A DNA stretch of 64,000 bases from NCBI RefSeq assembly GCF_009914755.1, contig NC_060934.1; one strand, given 5' to 3'. Source of the DNA: the human T2T-CHM13v2.0 reference genome, Homo sapiens. The position numbers and the translations under genes were made by a program. Below are positions 16,090 to 34,661 of the stretch, piece by piece. The notes beneath the pieces are model-generated. The model made no database searches, had not been told where the DNA came from, and worked only from the letters and a program-made list of their open reading frames with translations. The first letter of the stretch is position 1. The number at the start of each line of letters is the position of its first letter.

Positions 16090-19000
16090 TTTTTTCACTG
16101 GGCAAAATACATGTAACATAAAATGTATCATATTAACTATTTTAAGTGTACAATTCAGTTGCTTTAACTGTATTCATAATGTTTTGCAATGATTTCCACC
16201 ATTCCATTCTACAACTTTTTCATGTGAAGCTCTGTACCTGTTAAACAGTAATTCCTAACTCCAGTCGTCTTCCAGTCCCTGTTAACCACCATTCTACTTT
16301 CTGCCTCTATGACTTTGCCTATCTTAGGTACCTCAGATAAGTGGAATCATACAGAATTGTCTTTTTGTGTTTGGCTTATTTCCCGTAGCATAAGGTATTC
16401 AAGGTTTCATTGTTCATCCACATTGTGGAATGCGTCAGAATCTCCTTCCTTTAAAAAGGAATAATATTCTAATAATATTCCATTGCGTGCATATATCACA
16501 TTTGTTTATCTATTCATCTACCGGTGGGTATGGTGTTGCTTCCACCTTCCAGCTACTGTGAGTAACGCTGCTGTGAACATTGCTATACAAATATCTTTTT
16601 GGGTCCCTGCATTTAATTCTTGGGGCTATATACCTCAAAATGGAATTACTGGGTCATACCATAATTCTGTGTTCAACTTTTTGAGGAACCACCATGCTGC
16701 TCTCTAGAGCAGACCACCACTTTACACTACTATTAGTAATGCACAAAGGTTTCGTTTTCTCCATATCCTTGTCAACACTTGTTATGTTCCATCTTTTGTT
16801 TGTTTGCATTATAATAGCCATTTTAATGGGTGTGAAGTTGTACCTCCTTGTGGTCTTGCTTTCCATTTCCCTTATGACTTGTGATATTGTCTGCACATAG
16901 TTTAAGGTTTATACACTAACAAAGCTGATTACTAGCGGTGTGTGTGTATGGGGAACTGTGTGGCTGCCGAGTGGCTTCCCTGTGGGATGATCAGCCAGAA
17001 CCCGCTATTGTATTAGGGGATCCCCAGACATCAGTGTTTATAGTTCTTTTTAGTTTTTACGGGTACATAGTAGGTATACATATTTATGGGGGACATGAGA
17101 TATTTTGATACAAACATATAATGCATAATAATCACATCAAGGTAAATGGGATATCCATTATCTCAAACATTTATCATTTCTCTGTATTATAAATAATTCA
17201 GTTATATGCAGTTATTTTAAAATGTACAAAAAACTATTGCTGACTATAGTTACCCTGTTATGCTACCAATTAGTAGATCTTATTTATTGTAACTATATTT
17301 TGTACCTATTTACTATCCTCATTTCCCCCCACCAACTATATTTCCCAGCCTCAAGTAACAACCATTCTACTCTATCTTTGTGAGTTTGTTTTAATGTTTA
17401 GCTCCCCAAAATGAGTGTGAATGTGCAAAGTTTATCTTTCTGTGGCTGGCTTATTTAACTTAATATCCTCCAGCACCGTTCTGTGTTGTCACTAATGACA
17501 GAATCTCATTCTCTGTTATGGCTGAATAGTACTCCATTGTATATATGCACATTTTCTTTGTTCATTCATCTGTTGATGGACACTTAGGTTGCTTCCACAT
17601 CTTGGATATTGTGAATTAGTAATGCAGTAAACATAGGAGTGCAGCTATGTCTTTGATATATTGATTTTCTTTTTCATGTATATGTCTAACAATGAGATTT
17701 CTGGATCCTATGGTAGCTCTATTTTTAGTTTTTTGAGGAACCTCCAAATTGTTCTCCATAGTGGTTGCACTAATTTACATTCCCACCGACAGTATGCAAG
17801 GGTTTGCTTTTTTTCCATATCCTCACCAGCATTTGTTATTGCCTGTCTTTTGAATAAAAGCCATTTTAACTGGGATGAGATGATATTTCCTCATAGTTCT
17901 GATTTGCATTTCTCTGATAATCAGTGATGTTGATCACCTTTTCCTAAGTCTGTTAGCCTTTTGTATTTTTTCTTTTGAGAAACGTCTATTAAGATCTTTT
18001 GCCCATTTTAAAATCAGATTATTAGATTTTTCTCTATACAGTTGTTTGAGCTTTTTATATATTCTGGTTATTAATCCCTTATCAAATGGATAGTTTGCAA
18101 ATATGTTTCCCCATTTTGTGGATTTTCTCTTTGTTGATTGTTTCTTCTGCTGTGCAGGAAGCTTTTTAACTTAATGGGATCCCGTTTGTCCACTTTTGCT
18201 TTGGTTGTCTGTGCTTGTAGGGTATTGCTTAAGAAATCTTTTCCCAGTTTAATGTCCTGGAGAATTTCCCCAATGTTTTCTTGTAGTAGTTTCATAGTTT
18301 GAGGTCTCAGATTTAAGTCTTTAATTTGTTTTGGTTTGGTTTTTATATATGATGAGAGATAGGAGTCTTGTTTCATTCCTCTGCATATGGATATCCTGTT
18401 TTTGCAGCACTATTTATAGAAGAGATTGTCCTTTCTCCAATTTATGTTCTTGGCACCTTTATTGAAAATGAGCTCACTGTAGATGGATGGATTTCTTTTG
18501 GATTCTTTATTGTGTTTCATTGGCCTCTGTGTCTGTTTTTATGCCAGTAGCATGTCGTTTGGGTTACTATAGGTCTATGGTATAATTTGAAGTCAGGTAA
18601 TCTGATCCTTCCAGTTTATTTCTCTATGCTCAGGATAGCTTTGGCTATTCTGGACTTTTTGTGGTTCCATATAGATTTTAGAATTATTCTATTTTTGTGA
18701 AGAATGTCATTGATATTTTGATAGGGGTTGCATTTAACCTGTAGCTTTCTTTGAGTTATATTGACATTTCAACAATATTGATTCCTCCAGTCCATGAAGG
18801 TGGAATATCTTTCCATTTTTGGTGCCCTCTTCAATTTCTTGCATCAGTATTTTATAGTTTTCATTGTAGCAATCATTCATTTCTTTGATTAAGTTTATTC
18901 CTCATTTTATTTGTAGCTATTGTAAATGGGATTGCTTTCTTAGCTTTTTTCAAAATGTTTGATGTTCACATATAAAAACGATACTGATTTTTTTATGTTG

Positions 19001-19900
19001 ATTACGTATCCTGCAAATTTCTTGAATTTGTTTATCAGTTCTAATAGTTTTTTGGAGTCTTTAGGTGTTTCTAATTATAAGAGATTGTCTGCAAATAATT
19101 ATAATTTGATTTATTTCCAATTTGGATGCGTTTTATTTCCTTCTCTTGTCTGATTGCTCTAGCTACGACTTCCAGTACTTCCAGAAAAAGCTCAATTAAT
19201 ACTGAATTAACAGTGGTGAAAGTGGGCATCTCTTGTTCTAGATCTTAGAGGAAAGGCTTTCGTTTTTTTTCCCATTCAGTAAGATACTACTTAATGGGTG
19301 TGTCTTATATGGGTTTTATTGTGTTGAGGTGTGCTTCTTCTATACCCTGTTTTTTAAGCATTTTCACAATAAAATGTTGAATTTTATCAAATGCTTTTAC
19401 AGCATCAATTGACATGATTATATAATTTTTGTCCTTCATTCTGTTGATATGATCACCTTGATTTGCATATGTTGAACCATCCTTCTATTCCTGGGATAAA
19501 TTCCACTTGGTCATTATGAATAATTTTTTAATATGTTGTGGAATTTGTTTTGCTTGTAAATTTTCTTGAGGATTTTTGCATCAGTTTTCCTTAGGGATAT
19601 TGGCCTGTAGTTTTCTTTTTTAATGTGTCTTTGGTTTAAGTATCAGCCATCGAAATACTCCTCCCTCCTCTATTTTTTGGAATAGTTTGAGTCGGATTGG
19701 TATTAGTTCTTCTGTAAATATTCGGTAAAATACAGCAGTGAAGCTATTGTTTTTAGGATTTTCTTTGTTGGTACTTTTTATTAAGGCTTTGATCCCGTTA
19801 TTTGTTATTGGTCGGTTCAGGTTTTGAAGCTTTTCGTGTTTCAATCTTGGTAGGTTGTGTGTATCTAGGAATTTATCTATTTCTTTTAGGTTTTCGTGAG
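16090..19900 (-). mobile_element. Old L1 elements (L1MB-like about 16090-16900; L1MA/PB-like about 17050-19900)
   Basis: Degenerate ORF2 peptides on the - strand (IKDLNLRPQTMKLLQENIG, EIDKFLDTHNLPRL) and L1 3' UTR motifs. Confidence 0.85.
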
Positions 19901-20429
19901 TCTTTTTGGTGAGCTGGTCAGCTTTCTTCTCATGAAAATGACTTAGTTTTCTGCTAAGGGCCACACATTTGACTGCAACTGTTATGGAAGCTGAATGGAA
20001 GCAGAGGCTTGATAATTGTGCCTGTCAGTGTATGTAGAACTCACTTTAAAACCCTGTTTGGGGAGGATACTGTAGCCTATCCGTATGTGTGCCTGTGAGC
20101 CCAGTGTCCCTGGGCTCAGGGCTACTGTGGTTTAATTTCTCTAAAAGATAAACCTTCCATTTGTTTCTGCTAGTGGAAGGTTTCGTTGTCTGGCTGCATA
20201 GGATGAGGGAGGGTTCTTAAAGGTGGAGTGCTCCTCAAATGGACTGTCAACTTGATCTTCTGTCCTTCATAGTGAAGTTTCTGTATCATCTCATGTTATT
20301 TTCAAAAGCATTTTCCTACCCTTGCCTTTGCATTGACTGCCCAGTCTTCCACCTTCCCTGTACCTCACAGTTACCTCATGTGCCTTACAGGTACCTTGTG
20401 CTGTAATTTCTTCAGGTTTCACAGGGTTC

Positions 20430-21770
<1,341 letters not shown>

Positions 21771-23714
21771 CATCTCTTCATAATGAAATATATGAAATAT
21801 ACTGTTTTTCCTTGGGTATTGGCTGGATTGTAAAATGCTTCTCCCACCTTCTTACCCCAACCTTCTTCCTTGTAGGTTAGAGTTACTTGTTATTGGTAAA
21901 TAGCCACTGTGGAGACTAAGGACCAAAAGAAACACAGAAAGAAATTTTACAGAAGAAAAACAGTGGGCCCAAAGCTGAAAAGAAAAAGAAGCAGCATCTG
22001 CAGGATCTCCAGCTAGGGGATGAAGAAGATGTCTGGAAGAGAAATCCCAAAGCTTTTGCAATTCAGTCTGCTGTGGGAATGGCTTGATCCTTTCACAGGT
22101 ATGTATAGCTGCAGTCTGATGCTTCTTCCATTGATTCTTTTTAAATAGTAGGAGCATCTCACAGGTGACATTTGGATTCACAAGTTTAGTCACACTCCAA
22201 AGGACATGGAGATGCATGATGTGTGGCTTTTACTAAAACATGAGAAGACTTCCCATAGAAGCTGTCTTGCCTCCAGCATCTGCACACTGGTTGGTGTTTC
22301 TTGCCCAAGATACAAGAATTTATGGAATTTGTTTCTTCCTAAACTTTAAACTGTTTCTATGGTGATAAGTGTGCTTTTTCCCTCCAGATATGTTTTACAA
22401 AGTTGTAATATAAAATACAAAAATTACAATTTGTAATGCTAACATAGCTTTAGTGAGTCCTTGTGATATGCCTAGCAGTGTACTTTAAACATTATTCAAC
22501 TAAATACTTCCAGCAGCCTTACCAGAGTAGGAATCATTCTTGCCTTCATTTTATGGATAAGAAAACTGAGGTCAAGAAAACAAGTTACCTCCAATCATAA
22601 AGCCAGTAAGTAGGAGAGCCAAATTTAACTCCAGAGCCTCTGATCTTATCTGTTACGATGCACTGCCTCGGTATTTACCTTTTGTTTTTAAAAAAACTAT
22701 TAAAATCACTCATAAAACAGTCAGATTTAAGGAGTGTTTAATTTTCAACTCTTTATACTATTGAAGTCATCTTGCTACATCTTTATTGAACAGCAGTTAT
22801 TTGGATGGGGGCCAGTAGTTAACAAATTAATAATTGACAGGTTAATTATATTTTTATATTGTCTGTTGTACTCTCTATAAAATATACTAAAGTACTCATA
22901 TCTATAAGTAAACTAAAAAAAGTCTACTTATAAGGTTGATACCTTTTACTCTATTTTGAAAATGAGTTTACTTTTTTTTTTAATGAATAGGACTCAGGAT
23001 TTGAAGACAAAAAAGCATCATATTCCAGTGGTTGATCAGACTCCACTAGAGCCGCCACCAATAGTGATAGTGGTGACGGGGCCTCCAAAAGTTGGAAAGA
23101 GCACTTTGATATAATGCCTCATTGGGAACTTCACCCAGCAGAAGTTGACCGAGATCAGAGGCCCTGTGATGATCGTGTCAGGTAGGAGATGCCACCACAG
23201 ACACAGAGTTGGCCTGGCTGTTGTCATCTGAGGGAGATGCATGTGTTTTCTGTTTTCTTGAGTGGAACATGTTAAATTTTGTCATATCATGTTAACTCTC
23301 TTATACTTTTACTAAGTTAGCTATAACTTCAGAAAAGGGTAAGTTCCCAGAGATAAGGATGTGATACATATCTTATCCTGACTGCTGTATGGCTTTGCCA
23401 AGCATGTTGCTTGGAAGGGCGTAGCAGGCCTGGTCACTGTGAACATATCATTTAACAAATAGCATGTACCTCCTATGTGCCAGGTGCACATGCTTGCCCT
23501 TATGAAGCCACATGCTGGTGGAAGTGCGCGTTTTCTCTTTTTCCTGTGAGAATTTGTCTGCTTTGGGAGATGGCGACCTTTCCAAGTTTGAGAGAAGATG
23601 AAACAAACTTCCAGTGGTAGAATGGCAATGTACACTCTGAAACCTCTTGTTATTGCAATAATATAGTTGGATTGAGGCTTTTCTTTATCTTTGGAGCATC
23701 CATATTTTCTTTTC

Positions 23715-24012
23715 CTTTTTTTGAGACAGGGTCTTATTCTGTGGCACAGGCTGGAATGCAGTGGCGTGATTACAGTTCACTGCAGCCTCAACTTCCCAGG
23801 CTTAAGCAATCCTCCTACTTTAGCCTCCTGAGTAATGTATGCCACCATACCTGGCTAATTTTTCTTTTTTTTTCTTTCTTTTTTTTTTTTTGTAGAGATG
23901 GGGTTTCCCCATGTGGCACAGGGTGGTCTCAAAACTCCTAGGCTCAAGGGATCTGTCTGCCTTGGCCTCCCAAGGTGCTGGGACTACAGGCATGAGCCAC
24001 TGTGCCCAGCCC
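23715..24012 (-). mobile_element. AluJ in BMS1P intron
   Basis: Diverged antisense Alu. Confidence 0.85.
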
Positions 24013-25267
24013 ATATTTTCTTGACTGTTTTCTTTTTACCTTAATTTAGAAATAATTATTGTTATGAATATTCTGTTGCATAATGTTTGAGGATGTTTTT
24101 AGCTATAGTGGGAATATGGGAAGTTTTGATAGAGGCGAAGACATTGGCCTGTAGCTGAATAGCAGGATCATGGTTATCATGGAGCCTGTCCAGTCAGAGT
24201 TTTCTCTGTTTTTGCACTTGTATTCATCTGGGTAGACTTTTGATATTATTTAAATTTAGGACACAGCAAGAAAAACAGGATGGAATTTATTTTATTTTAC
24301 CAGTTTTTGCCTATAAAAATGAACTTCTGGTACACTCCTATAAACGTATATGGTGTTTTACTGGATGCAGTTAAAAAATGAAAGTTAAAGTTGATGCTTA
24401 GAGTGTTTTCAGGGTCTTTTTAAAGTAAAATTTTTATCTTTTTCACTTACAGGTAAAAAGCTCCGACTCACCATTATTGAATGTGGGTGTGACATTAACA
24501 TGATGATTGATCTGGCTGAAGTAGCAGATCTGGTAAGTCAGCAGGGGCAGCCTGGGGTGCTGATGGAGACTTACAGCATTGTGATAGGTTATTTACCCCG
24601 TGATGAAGGGAAGAGAGTTTTATGATTATTAAAGGAATCATGGTCATCATCAGGGATACAGTAGATGTGATTGAATTGATGATGATAATAATAATAGTAA
24701 TAAATATTGTTATATTAATAATACAAATGGAATGTGCACAATGAAATGTATTCCAAAATCTAAAAGCAAATCACAGGATAGAGAAAACCTTTAATGAACA
24801 CAGCTAATAAGAGCTCATTAACATGCATACATATATACGTACAAATATTTCATAGTAAGTACCATTTCTTCTTGGACCCTTCCTGGCACTGTGCTAACTA
24901 CTTTCTACAAACTTAGCTTACATAAACTCTTGATATACCCTTGAGGTGAGTAGGTATTATCTGTAGTTTACATAAGATGAAATAGAGCCTCCCAGCAGTT
25001 AAGTAACTTGTGTGAAGATGGGACCCTTGTTCATGATGGTTCTAGAACCTTCATCATTAATGATAATGCTGAAGTAAGTACATGAATTGCCTGAAGAAGT
25101 GGTCAGAGTTTATCATAGAAAATCTAGCTAGTACTCAGTGTGTGGAAAATGTATACACTCTTGCATTTATGGAAATGATAATGTTCAGTATTTCTGATAT
25201 TCTATTAACTATTTTTTAAATTAGCAAAAATAAAATACAAATTGGCAAAAAAAAAAAAAAAAGAAAG

Positions 25268-25784
<517 letters not shown>

Positions 25785-27749
25785 TAGTTTTTTCTAGAGC
25801 TACAGTTTTTATACTTTGGCCCAGGAAGACCCATAAAATATAAAGTGAAAAGTAATACAGATTTTAAAGTTGTGCCATTGTAATGTCAGAAAACTAGATA
25901 ACCTCAAATTTTGAATCTATAATGCTATTAGTAAAAATAAGTGTTATTATTAATATAAAGTTGTGTATAAATCTTGTGTACTTGAAATAGTTCATAGAAG
26001 TCATTTGTTTCTCTTTTATTTAAAGTGTAGCAAGTTTCTAATTTTAAAGACATACATGTTAAGAGATGCCTTTACTTTTTTATTTTTAATTATTATGGAT
26101 ACATAATAGTTATACATATTTATATTTTATGTGTGTGATCATCAAATCAGGGTAATTAGGATATCCATCACTTCAAACATTGATCATTTCCTTGTTTTAG
26201 GAACATTTCAATTTCATTCTTTTAGTTATTCTGAATTATATAATAAATTATAGTCACCCTAGTGTGCTGTTGGACACTAGAATTTATTCTAACTGTATTT
26301 TTGTACCTGTTAACCTTTCCCTCTTTGTCCCTCCCTCCCTGCTCCCCTTCCCAGCCTCTTAACCATCATTGAGAGAGATGCCTATGTAAATCTTTTTAAG
26401 ATTTTCAAAAGGAGCACACACATTTAGTAAAGCACTCTAGCTAATGCAGGATACACACGATGTGCGTTTTCTTATTCCTTGCTCTAACCACTGGTCTCTC
26501 AGATCCCTGCAGAGCAGTATCCTCCTAGATACATATAAACCCACATGCCACCGTTTAAAAACACAAATGGTAGCTTATTTTACACACTGTTCTATGCTTT
26601 GCTTTTTTCGTGTAATATATCTTGAAGGTATATAATCAGTAAGTACTGTAGCTCTGCCTCCTTCTTTTTAATATAATATTCCATTCTGTGGACGCACCAT
26701 AATTTATTTAGCCTAGCTTATGTTGATTGCTCTGCTCTGGGTTGTCAAAGCCTCCTGAGTACAGCAAAAGCACAGACAATATGTGGATTTGGGTGTGTAT
26801 GTGTGCGTGTGTGGATTATGGGAGTAACACTGGCTTCGATGACAAAGATTGGCAGCTGAGGGACTGTTTGCTCCCTGTTCTTCCTGACCCTACAACCAGC
26901 TGCTTGTCCCTTGGCACTCTGTGGCATCAGATGTGGTGTGAGGACATTCTACCTGTTCTTTGAGCTGGTCCAGTGTTGCTGGAAAGCTCTGCTTGCTGCC
27001 TTGGTCCGCAGTGGCAGCTGTGCTTTCTTACAAGCTGACCATATATTCTGTGGTTTCGGATTATGGATGTTTCCTAGTTTAATCAAAGGTGGGCATTTCT
27101 GTTTCCATTTTTTGTTATTTTTAGTTATCTATGGAAAGATAGGAACAGAAATGTCTTTAATATTAAACCTAGAAGTTTCCAGGAATCAATTCTGAAATTA
27201 TTTTGCATCTTTGAAGTGTCTTAAATTACAAAAATTGGTCTTATCTGCTTATATTTTCTTATAGAGTACCATTCATGATAATCTTACTGTTTTTTGACTT
27301 AATTCTAAACTGGTAGCTATTTAAAATAAAATTCTGAGCTACTGAGTTATGCAAATTACCATATAAGATAGAGGTGTACACCACATACTTGCCAGCAAAA
27401 AACAGATTGGTTTTTTTTTTCTATGAGGAGATTGAAACAAGAGGTTGATTTTCTGTACATATTTAATATATTTCATTGATTATCACTTTCTTCCCATTCT
27501 TTGGATGTCAGAGACCTATTATTTGGCTTAAAAATACCTTACAGAAAACTTCATTTCTTTAAATTAGGGTTTCTTAGGTAAGGGCCAGGTTAGACCCAGC
27601 CTTTTCTGAGTTACTTCTCATGCATTAGAATTCTTACAATGGATGTTTATATCCTAGTGGCCTTGTCTTATGGTTGCCTTTTAGAGCAAGTCAGAGGGTG
27701 GTGGTTTCTCTGGGTGATGCCTGTGTAGTCATTTGATTTAGTCTGGAGT

Positions 27750-27955
27750 GGGACTTTTCTGTTGAGGGCCAGGTAGTGAATATTGTTGGTTTTGTGGATC
27801 ATATCTTCTGCAGCTACTTAGCTCTGCAGTTGTAGTGCACAGGCAGCCATAGATGATATGTAAATGAATTAATGTGGCTATGTTCCAATAAAACTTGAGT
27901 TACAAACACAGGCGATGGGCTGGATTTGGCCCGTGGGCCAGTTGCCAACCCCTAG
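27750..27955 (+). mobile_element. MER58A-like hAT-Charlie DNA transposon
   Basis: GCAGCCATAGA...ATGTAAATGAAT...GTTCCAATAAAACTT...GGCTGGATTTGGCCCGTGGGCC...GCCAACCCCT. Confidence 0.8.
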
Positions 27956-28254
27956 TGTAGGTGGTCTGTTTTGGTAGTTTCTTCGAGAAATGATGTGTCC
28001 TGCTTTTAAGTACTGATGCTTATAGATGCCAGCTTTGGGTTCGAAATGGAAACCTTTGAGTTTCTCAACATCGGTCAAGTACGTGGCTTTCCTAAAATTA
28101 TGGGAGTTCTCACTCACCTCGACTCCTTCAAGTATAATAGGCAACTGAAGAAGACAAGCAATTAAAACACAGGTTCTGGACAGAAGTTTACCCGGTAGGA
28201 AGAGAAATAATTGTTAGATACTAACAGTATAATCCTTTAAAAACAGACTAAAGA

Positions 28255-28564
<310 letters not shown>

Positions 28565-30409
28565 TTACTAAACGTCTCTCTAGGATTTGCCTCCTGAATT
28601 CCCTTTGTGTATGTTTTCCCAGTCTCTGGAAAGTTTCCCTCAAGAGAGTGGTTATTCTGGGCCTCTTAGTGTATCTCATTTGTCTCTGTACCTGCTGCAC
28701 CAGGCAGTGTCTGGCTGTTTTGGGGTCGGGACTTAATAGAGTACATCAGAAGTTTCTCCCAGTTACAGGACGAGGCACTGCCCCTTCCTTTCCATACTGC
28801 TGTGGTCCATCGGCCACAGAACCGTTTCTGTGCTCAGAGGCCTCACCTCCCTCTCCTCACCATACTTAGATGGATGCCCCTGCTCGGCTGCAGAGCAGTC
28901 TGCCTCTGTGTGGTTCTAATAAGTCCTAAAAGAAGCCAGCAAGGCTCTGGAAGCCTCAGGACAGTGGCTTTGCTGGAAGTCTCCCTTCTTAGGATTGCTT
29001 CTTGTTTAGAGCTTTTATTTTGTTGCAGTATTGACGAGAATTTAATTGAAATTTAATTTTTAATTTTCCTTTAATGTTTAGGTTGCCAAGCTGTTCTACC
29101 TTTCTGGAATGGTGCATGGAGAATATCAAGACCAAGAAATCCACAATCTGGGCCATTTTATTACAGTTATGAAGTTTAGGCCTCTCACATGGCAGACGTC
29201 TCATCCTTATATCCTGGCAGACAGGTAAAAAGTGATTGTAAGCTTTTATTTCCTAGACCATATATTTCAAAGCTAAAAAGGCTAGAAAAAGAACAGTGAT
29301 AGGATTTATTTTGTGCCTATTTGAATAGTGGGGGTAGAAGTGTAGTTGATGGAAAATGTCTACTTATATCATTGCTCAAAGATGCTGTGCCTTTGGGAGT
29401 AAATTAATTATGAGATGTTTAGGAAAATGGGAGGACTTGGAAGCATTTAAAGCTACAGGATATGGCCCCATCCTATGTTCAGCCTCAGTTTTCAGTGATG
29501 CTGCCTTCGTGCCCGGGTGCTTGAGTCCTTTATGTGTGCCTTCAGTTTCCTTCCTTTGTGCTCTTCTTTGTGCTGTGGTTTTCTCAGCCTGGAATACCCT
29601 TTTTCCACCTGCCAGAATCCAAGCCACAGTACAAATCCCAGAGCACAGGCTCACCCTCTTCCAGAAAGGGATTTTCTGAATATGTTCTTCACTCTTCCCT
29701 GACCCCAGGTGGACGTCATCTCCCTGTCTGGTGTCTTACGGAATGAATGTCACTTTCAGCCTAGAGACACAGTTGTGTGCCTGCCCCTTTTCCTCTGGTG
29801 GGTGGTGAATGGTGCTTCCTTATTTCTGTATTTTCTAGTTTTCTAAACGACATGCTTAGTGGACAAGAGTGTGATGAGTCATTGACACATGAAAGGAGGT
29901 ATAGGAACTTTGGCATTCATTTCTGCTGTATGATTGAGTTTATTTTTCTAGGATGGAAGATTTGAAAAACCCAGAGGATATCTGAACAAAATGTGACTGG
30001 CAGGTGTCACTTTATGGTTATTTAAGAGGAGCACACTTGAAAAATAAAAGCCAAATTCACATGCCAGGTATTCTCTTGTTGTAGAACATACTGGAATCAC
30101 ACATAGGATTCTTGGGATGGCTTCTTTTCTCAGGAAAACTGAAAAATGACCAAACAAGGGAAGATGGCTTTGGTGGAGGTTTTAAAAGTAAGCCAGCTAT
30201 GTGTAGGCCTGTAAAGGTGTTATTGAATCCCCTCTTCTCTGACCTTTTGTCTTATAGCTAGAGGAGCACTGTTCCAGTGTGGCACAATACTCTTCTTTAT
30301 GGTCATGGGTTAAGCCCTTGGACTGTGCATCGTTTTTTTTTTGTTTTGTTATTGGTGACTGACCCCATGAGTCATGCTCTTTACAAAGCATGCATTTGGA
30401 TGTTTCTTT

Positions 30410-30989
<580 letters not shown>

Positions 30990-31213
30990 GAAGCTGACTT
31001 TTCCCATTATTTTTAACGGTAATTCATAAAATCCTTGTTAGGTTTGATGACAGGTACCATATTAAGGGCAGCATTTTATAACCCATATCTTAAACATCAT
31101 CTCTGGAAGTTGAGAGCCTCCAATGGGTTTTCTATAGAGTGCACATGATACCACACTCAGGCAGTTCATGGAGTGTAAGACATATCTTAGTGCTTTGTCA
31201 TTTGACATTTTAA

Positions 31214-31369
<156 letters not shown>

Positions 31370-32819
31370 TGAGTACAACTATACTGCCGAGGAACAGATT
31401 CCTTTATTCTAAAATTATTTCAGCCATTTGGTTGTCCTCTTCAGCAATCAGTTTGAGAAATTGGAGTCAACCATATATTGATATCCAGATTCTCAATATT
31501 AAGTATCAGTTTCTCTTTTAATCTTAGACGTCGTGGTGGAAGGAAAAATCAGTTAGCAAAGAAGCAATCCCAGAAACAGTGTATCTGTTTGATGCCTTTA
31601 TGCCTGTAGACAATGTTGAACACAGTGAGAAGGATAGGTTCCCTTTATTGAATGTTTTTTGTGAAAACTTAGTTTTTCAGTGCATCATAGGCCTAAATCA
31701 GTGTGCACTACTTTGGACATTATCCTTGGGAGAAGGAACAGCTTTTCTTCTTCTGGCACCACAGTGTATCTGCATTTGAATTTCTCCCATTGTGCATGAG
31801 CACCTCATGGGCCACAAAGATGTGCTTTGAGAGCACCCTGAGATGAAGTTTATTTTAAAAGGAACAATAACCAACACCACCACCAGCTCCACAGGGGCTG
31901 TCCAGTGTACATTATTCTCATCTCCTTGGGTTATTAGTCTTGATTTTTAGAACACAGTTTGGAAAGTGCTAATTTAGAATATTAATGTCTTTATCTCTAA
32001 TTTAACTTTTCATTCTGTAAACATAACTAGCTTATAAACAATTTTGTTTCAAATGCACTAGCCTTTTTAGCTAATTCAATTGTCAATAACTTTTACTTCA
32101 ATTAAAAGTGGCAAGTTTACACTCATAATAATGTCACTTTCCTCCCTCCCTTTTAACAATAGTTGAGAGGAAATTGTGTTTCGAACAAAAACTGGACTCA
32201 AACTCTGTCTCAAGTCCTGAGCTTTGGGACCTATTGAGTAATCACTAAATGTCTGTAGTCAGCCAAGTCTCTTAAATCTTTGAGCACACATACACAAAAA
32301 TTACTTTGACTAGAGTCCCTGGCTTCTTCTGAGTTCCAAAGATTTTGATATGTTAGCACATAATTCAAAAGCAGCTTTGAAGATTAATTTTGCTGAAACA
32401 AATTTCGTGCTTTTTTCCTAATTATTCTACTTTTTAGAAGTCTACTTTTGAGAGTATAGTAAGTTTTAATTTGCCACCAGCGAGTTTGAGAAATAATCAT
32501 TTGGTGTATTCACTATTGGTGAAATAAAGTTATTGAACAAATTAATAGGGCAAATTGGCTTCAAGAAGATATTTTGAAAAATGTTTTATCATGAATCAGT
32601 AGTGCACTGTTGTCAGTGGGATAGGTGGAACTCACTGAGATCACTTATGCAAGGTTTTTTCAAAATACAAGTCTGCAAACACATGTATCTTCCCATCTCC
32701 ACTTTCCCTCTATCTCTAGGCACTGAGAAGCCTTTTAGGAAAATCGGGATGGATGTGAGGCATCTTTCTGTGAAGAAAAGCATCCCAGAAGATTCTGATT
32801 TTCACCACAGCTCAATCAT

Positions 32820-32990
32820 TCCAAACTTTGCTGCTGATTGAAATCACCTGGGAAACGTTTACCAAGAACCTTGATGCCCAAAGCCATACCCAATACTAAT
32901 TAAATTAAAATGTCTCATGTTGAAGATGAGGCAGATATTAAAGCTTCTCAGGCGATTTTAATGTGCAGCGAAGTTTGAGAGCCACTGCTT
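32820..32990. mobile_element. MER5-like DNA transposon fossil
   Basis: AATCACCTGGG...CAGGCGATTTTAATGTGCAGC...TTTGAGAGCCACTG. Confidence 0.6.
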
Positions 32991-33296
32991 AATTTGAGTT
33001 TAGGACGAGAAACTGCTCCTATTTGGTGGGACCTTGGGCAAGTCAGTTTTAAGGTTTGTTTCCCTGATCTGTAAAACGAGTGTTGAATTAAATGTCACAT
33101 AAGGTCACTGGTCCTTTCCAGCATGTAACTTTAAATTCTGTGATTTTAAAATTATTTCAGAGATGAAAACTACTTGAAGCACTATAGACATATCCATCTT
33201 ACATGCTAATGTTACAGGCTTTTTAAAAAGTGCTAATATTGTGTAGACCTATTAGTAGAATTGAGATTTGCCTTCCCTCAGTTGTTTTGAGCCTCA

Positions 33297-33586
<290 letters not shown>

Positions 33587-33956
33587 TCACTGCAGTCCAG
33601 TCTGAGCAAGAGAGACAGACTCTGGGTCAAAAAATAAATAAATACATAAAATAAATCGCATGGGACGAAAGGTTTCGTGGGTAGAAAAGCATATAACAGG
33701 GAAATCTGTTATTATTTGTATATTGTAATCACCAACAGAAACGCATCTTCTAACAGCATTTTCCTTGCATTTTGGTTCTCATATTTTTGTAAAAAACAAA
33801 GAAATGAAAACAAAGTGCGCTTATGGTACCGTTCTGAACTAGAAGATTTGAATTTCAGGGCCGCTAGGAGAGTTTCCTCTGCCCCCCTTTTAAAAAATGT
33901 CTTCAGGCCTAACAAATGATAACATCTATTGTTATGAATTTTTTTTCCTTCCACAG

Positions 33957-33992
33957 TGTGACCTTGGAGATACATCATCATATCACGGAAAG
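33957..33992 (+). CDS. AGAP11: AGAP11 coding exon (VTLEIHHHITE)
   Basis: TTCCTTCCACAG acceptor, AG|GTGAGC donor, 36 nt, frame compatible with neighbouring exons. Confidence 0.85.
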
Positions 33993-34571
33993 GTGAGCTT
34001 TTTAGAAACCTGTCTTGTTATTCTAGCTAATTACTTTGCAAGATATCAAGCTCAGTGTTAGGTCACAGCTCTAGACATCATAAGCTGTATTGTGTCTACT
34101 AAAATATCGAAGCAAATTATTTGTATTTTCTTTGTTCCTTAAGACTCTCATAATTCTTAAATGATTGAGAATCTCAAAGAGTATGTGTTTATATTGATTA
34201 TATTGATATTTAGTGTGGTAGAATTATACAGTTGAAAGTTTTTCAAAATCTATTTTTAGTTTAGATTTCACAGCCTTACCACTGTTGATATTATGTGCTA
34301 GATAATGCTTTGTTGTGAGGACTGTCTTGTGCATTGCAGAGAGTTTAGCAGTATTCATGGCCTCTACCAACTAGATGTCAGTAGTAACCCATGACCCAGG
34401 TTATAACAACAGAAAATATTCCTTGAGAACAGTATTGTTAACAGAAATTTTTCATTGAAAAATAACTTTTCTACAACAAAAAGTTGAGTAAAAAGTGTGT
34501 CATGTATTTATATTATTTAAAGTCTCTCATGTTGAGCTTAATAGGAGACAAATGGATTCTCTAGAGCTTTA

Positions 34572-34661
<90 letters not shown>
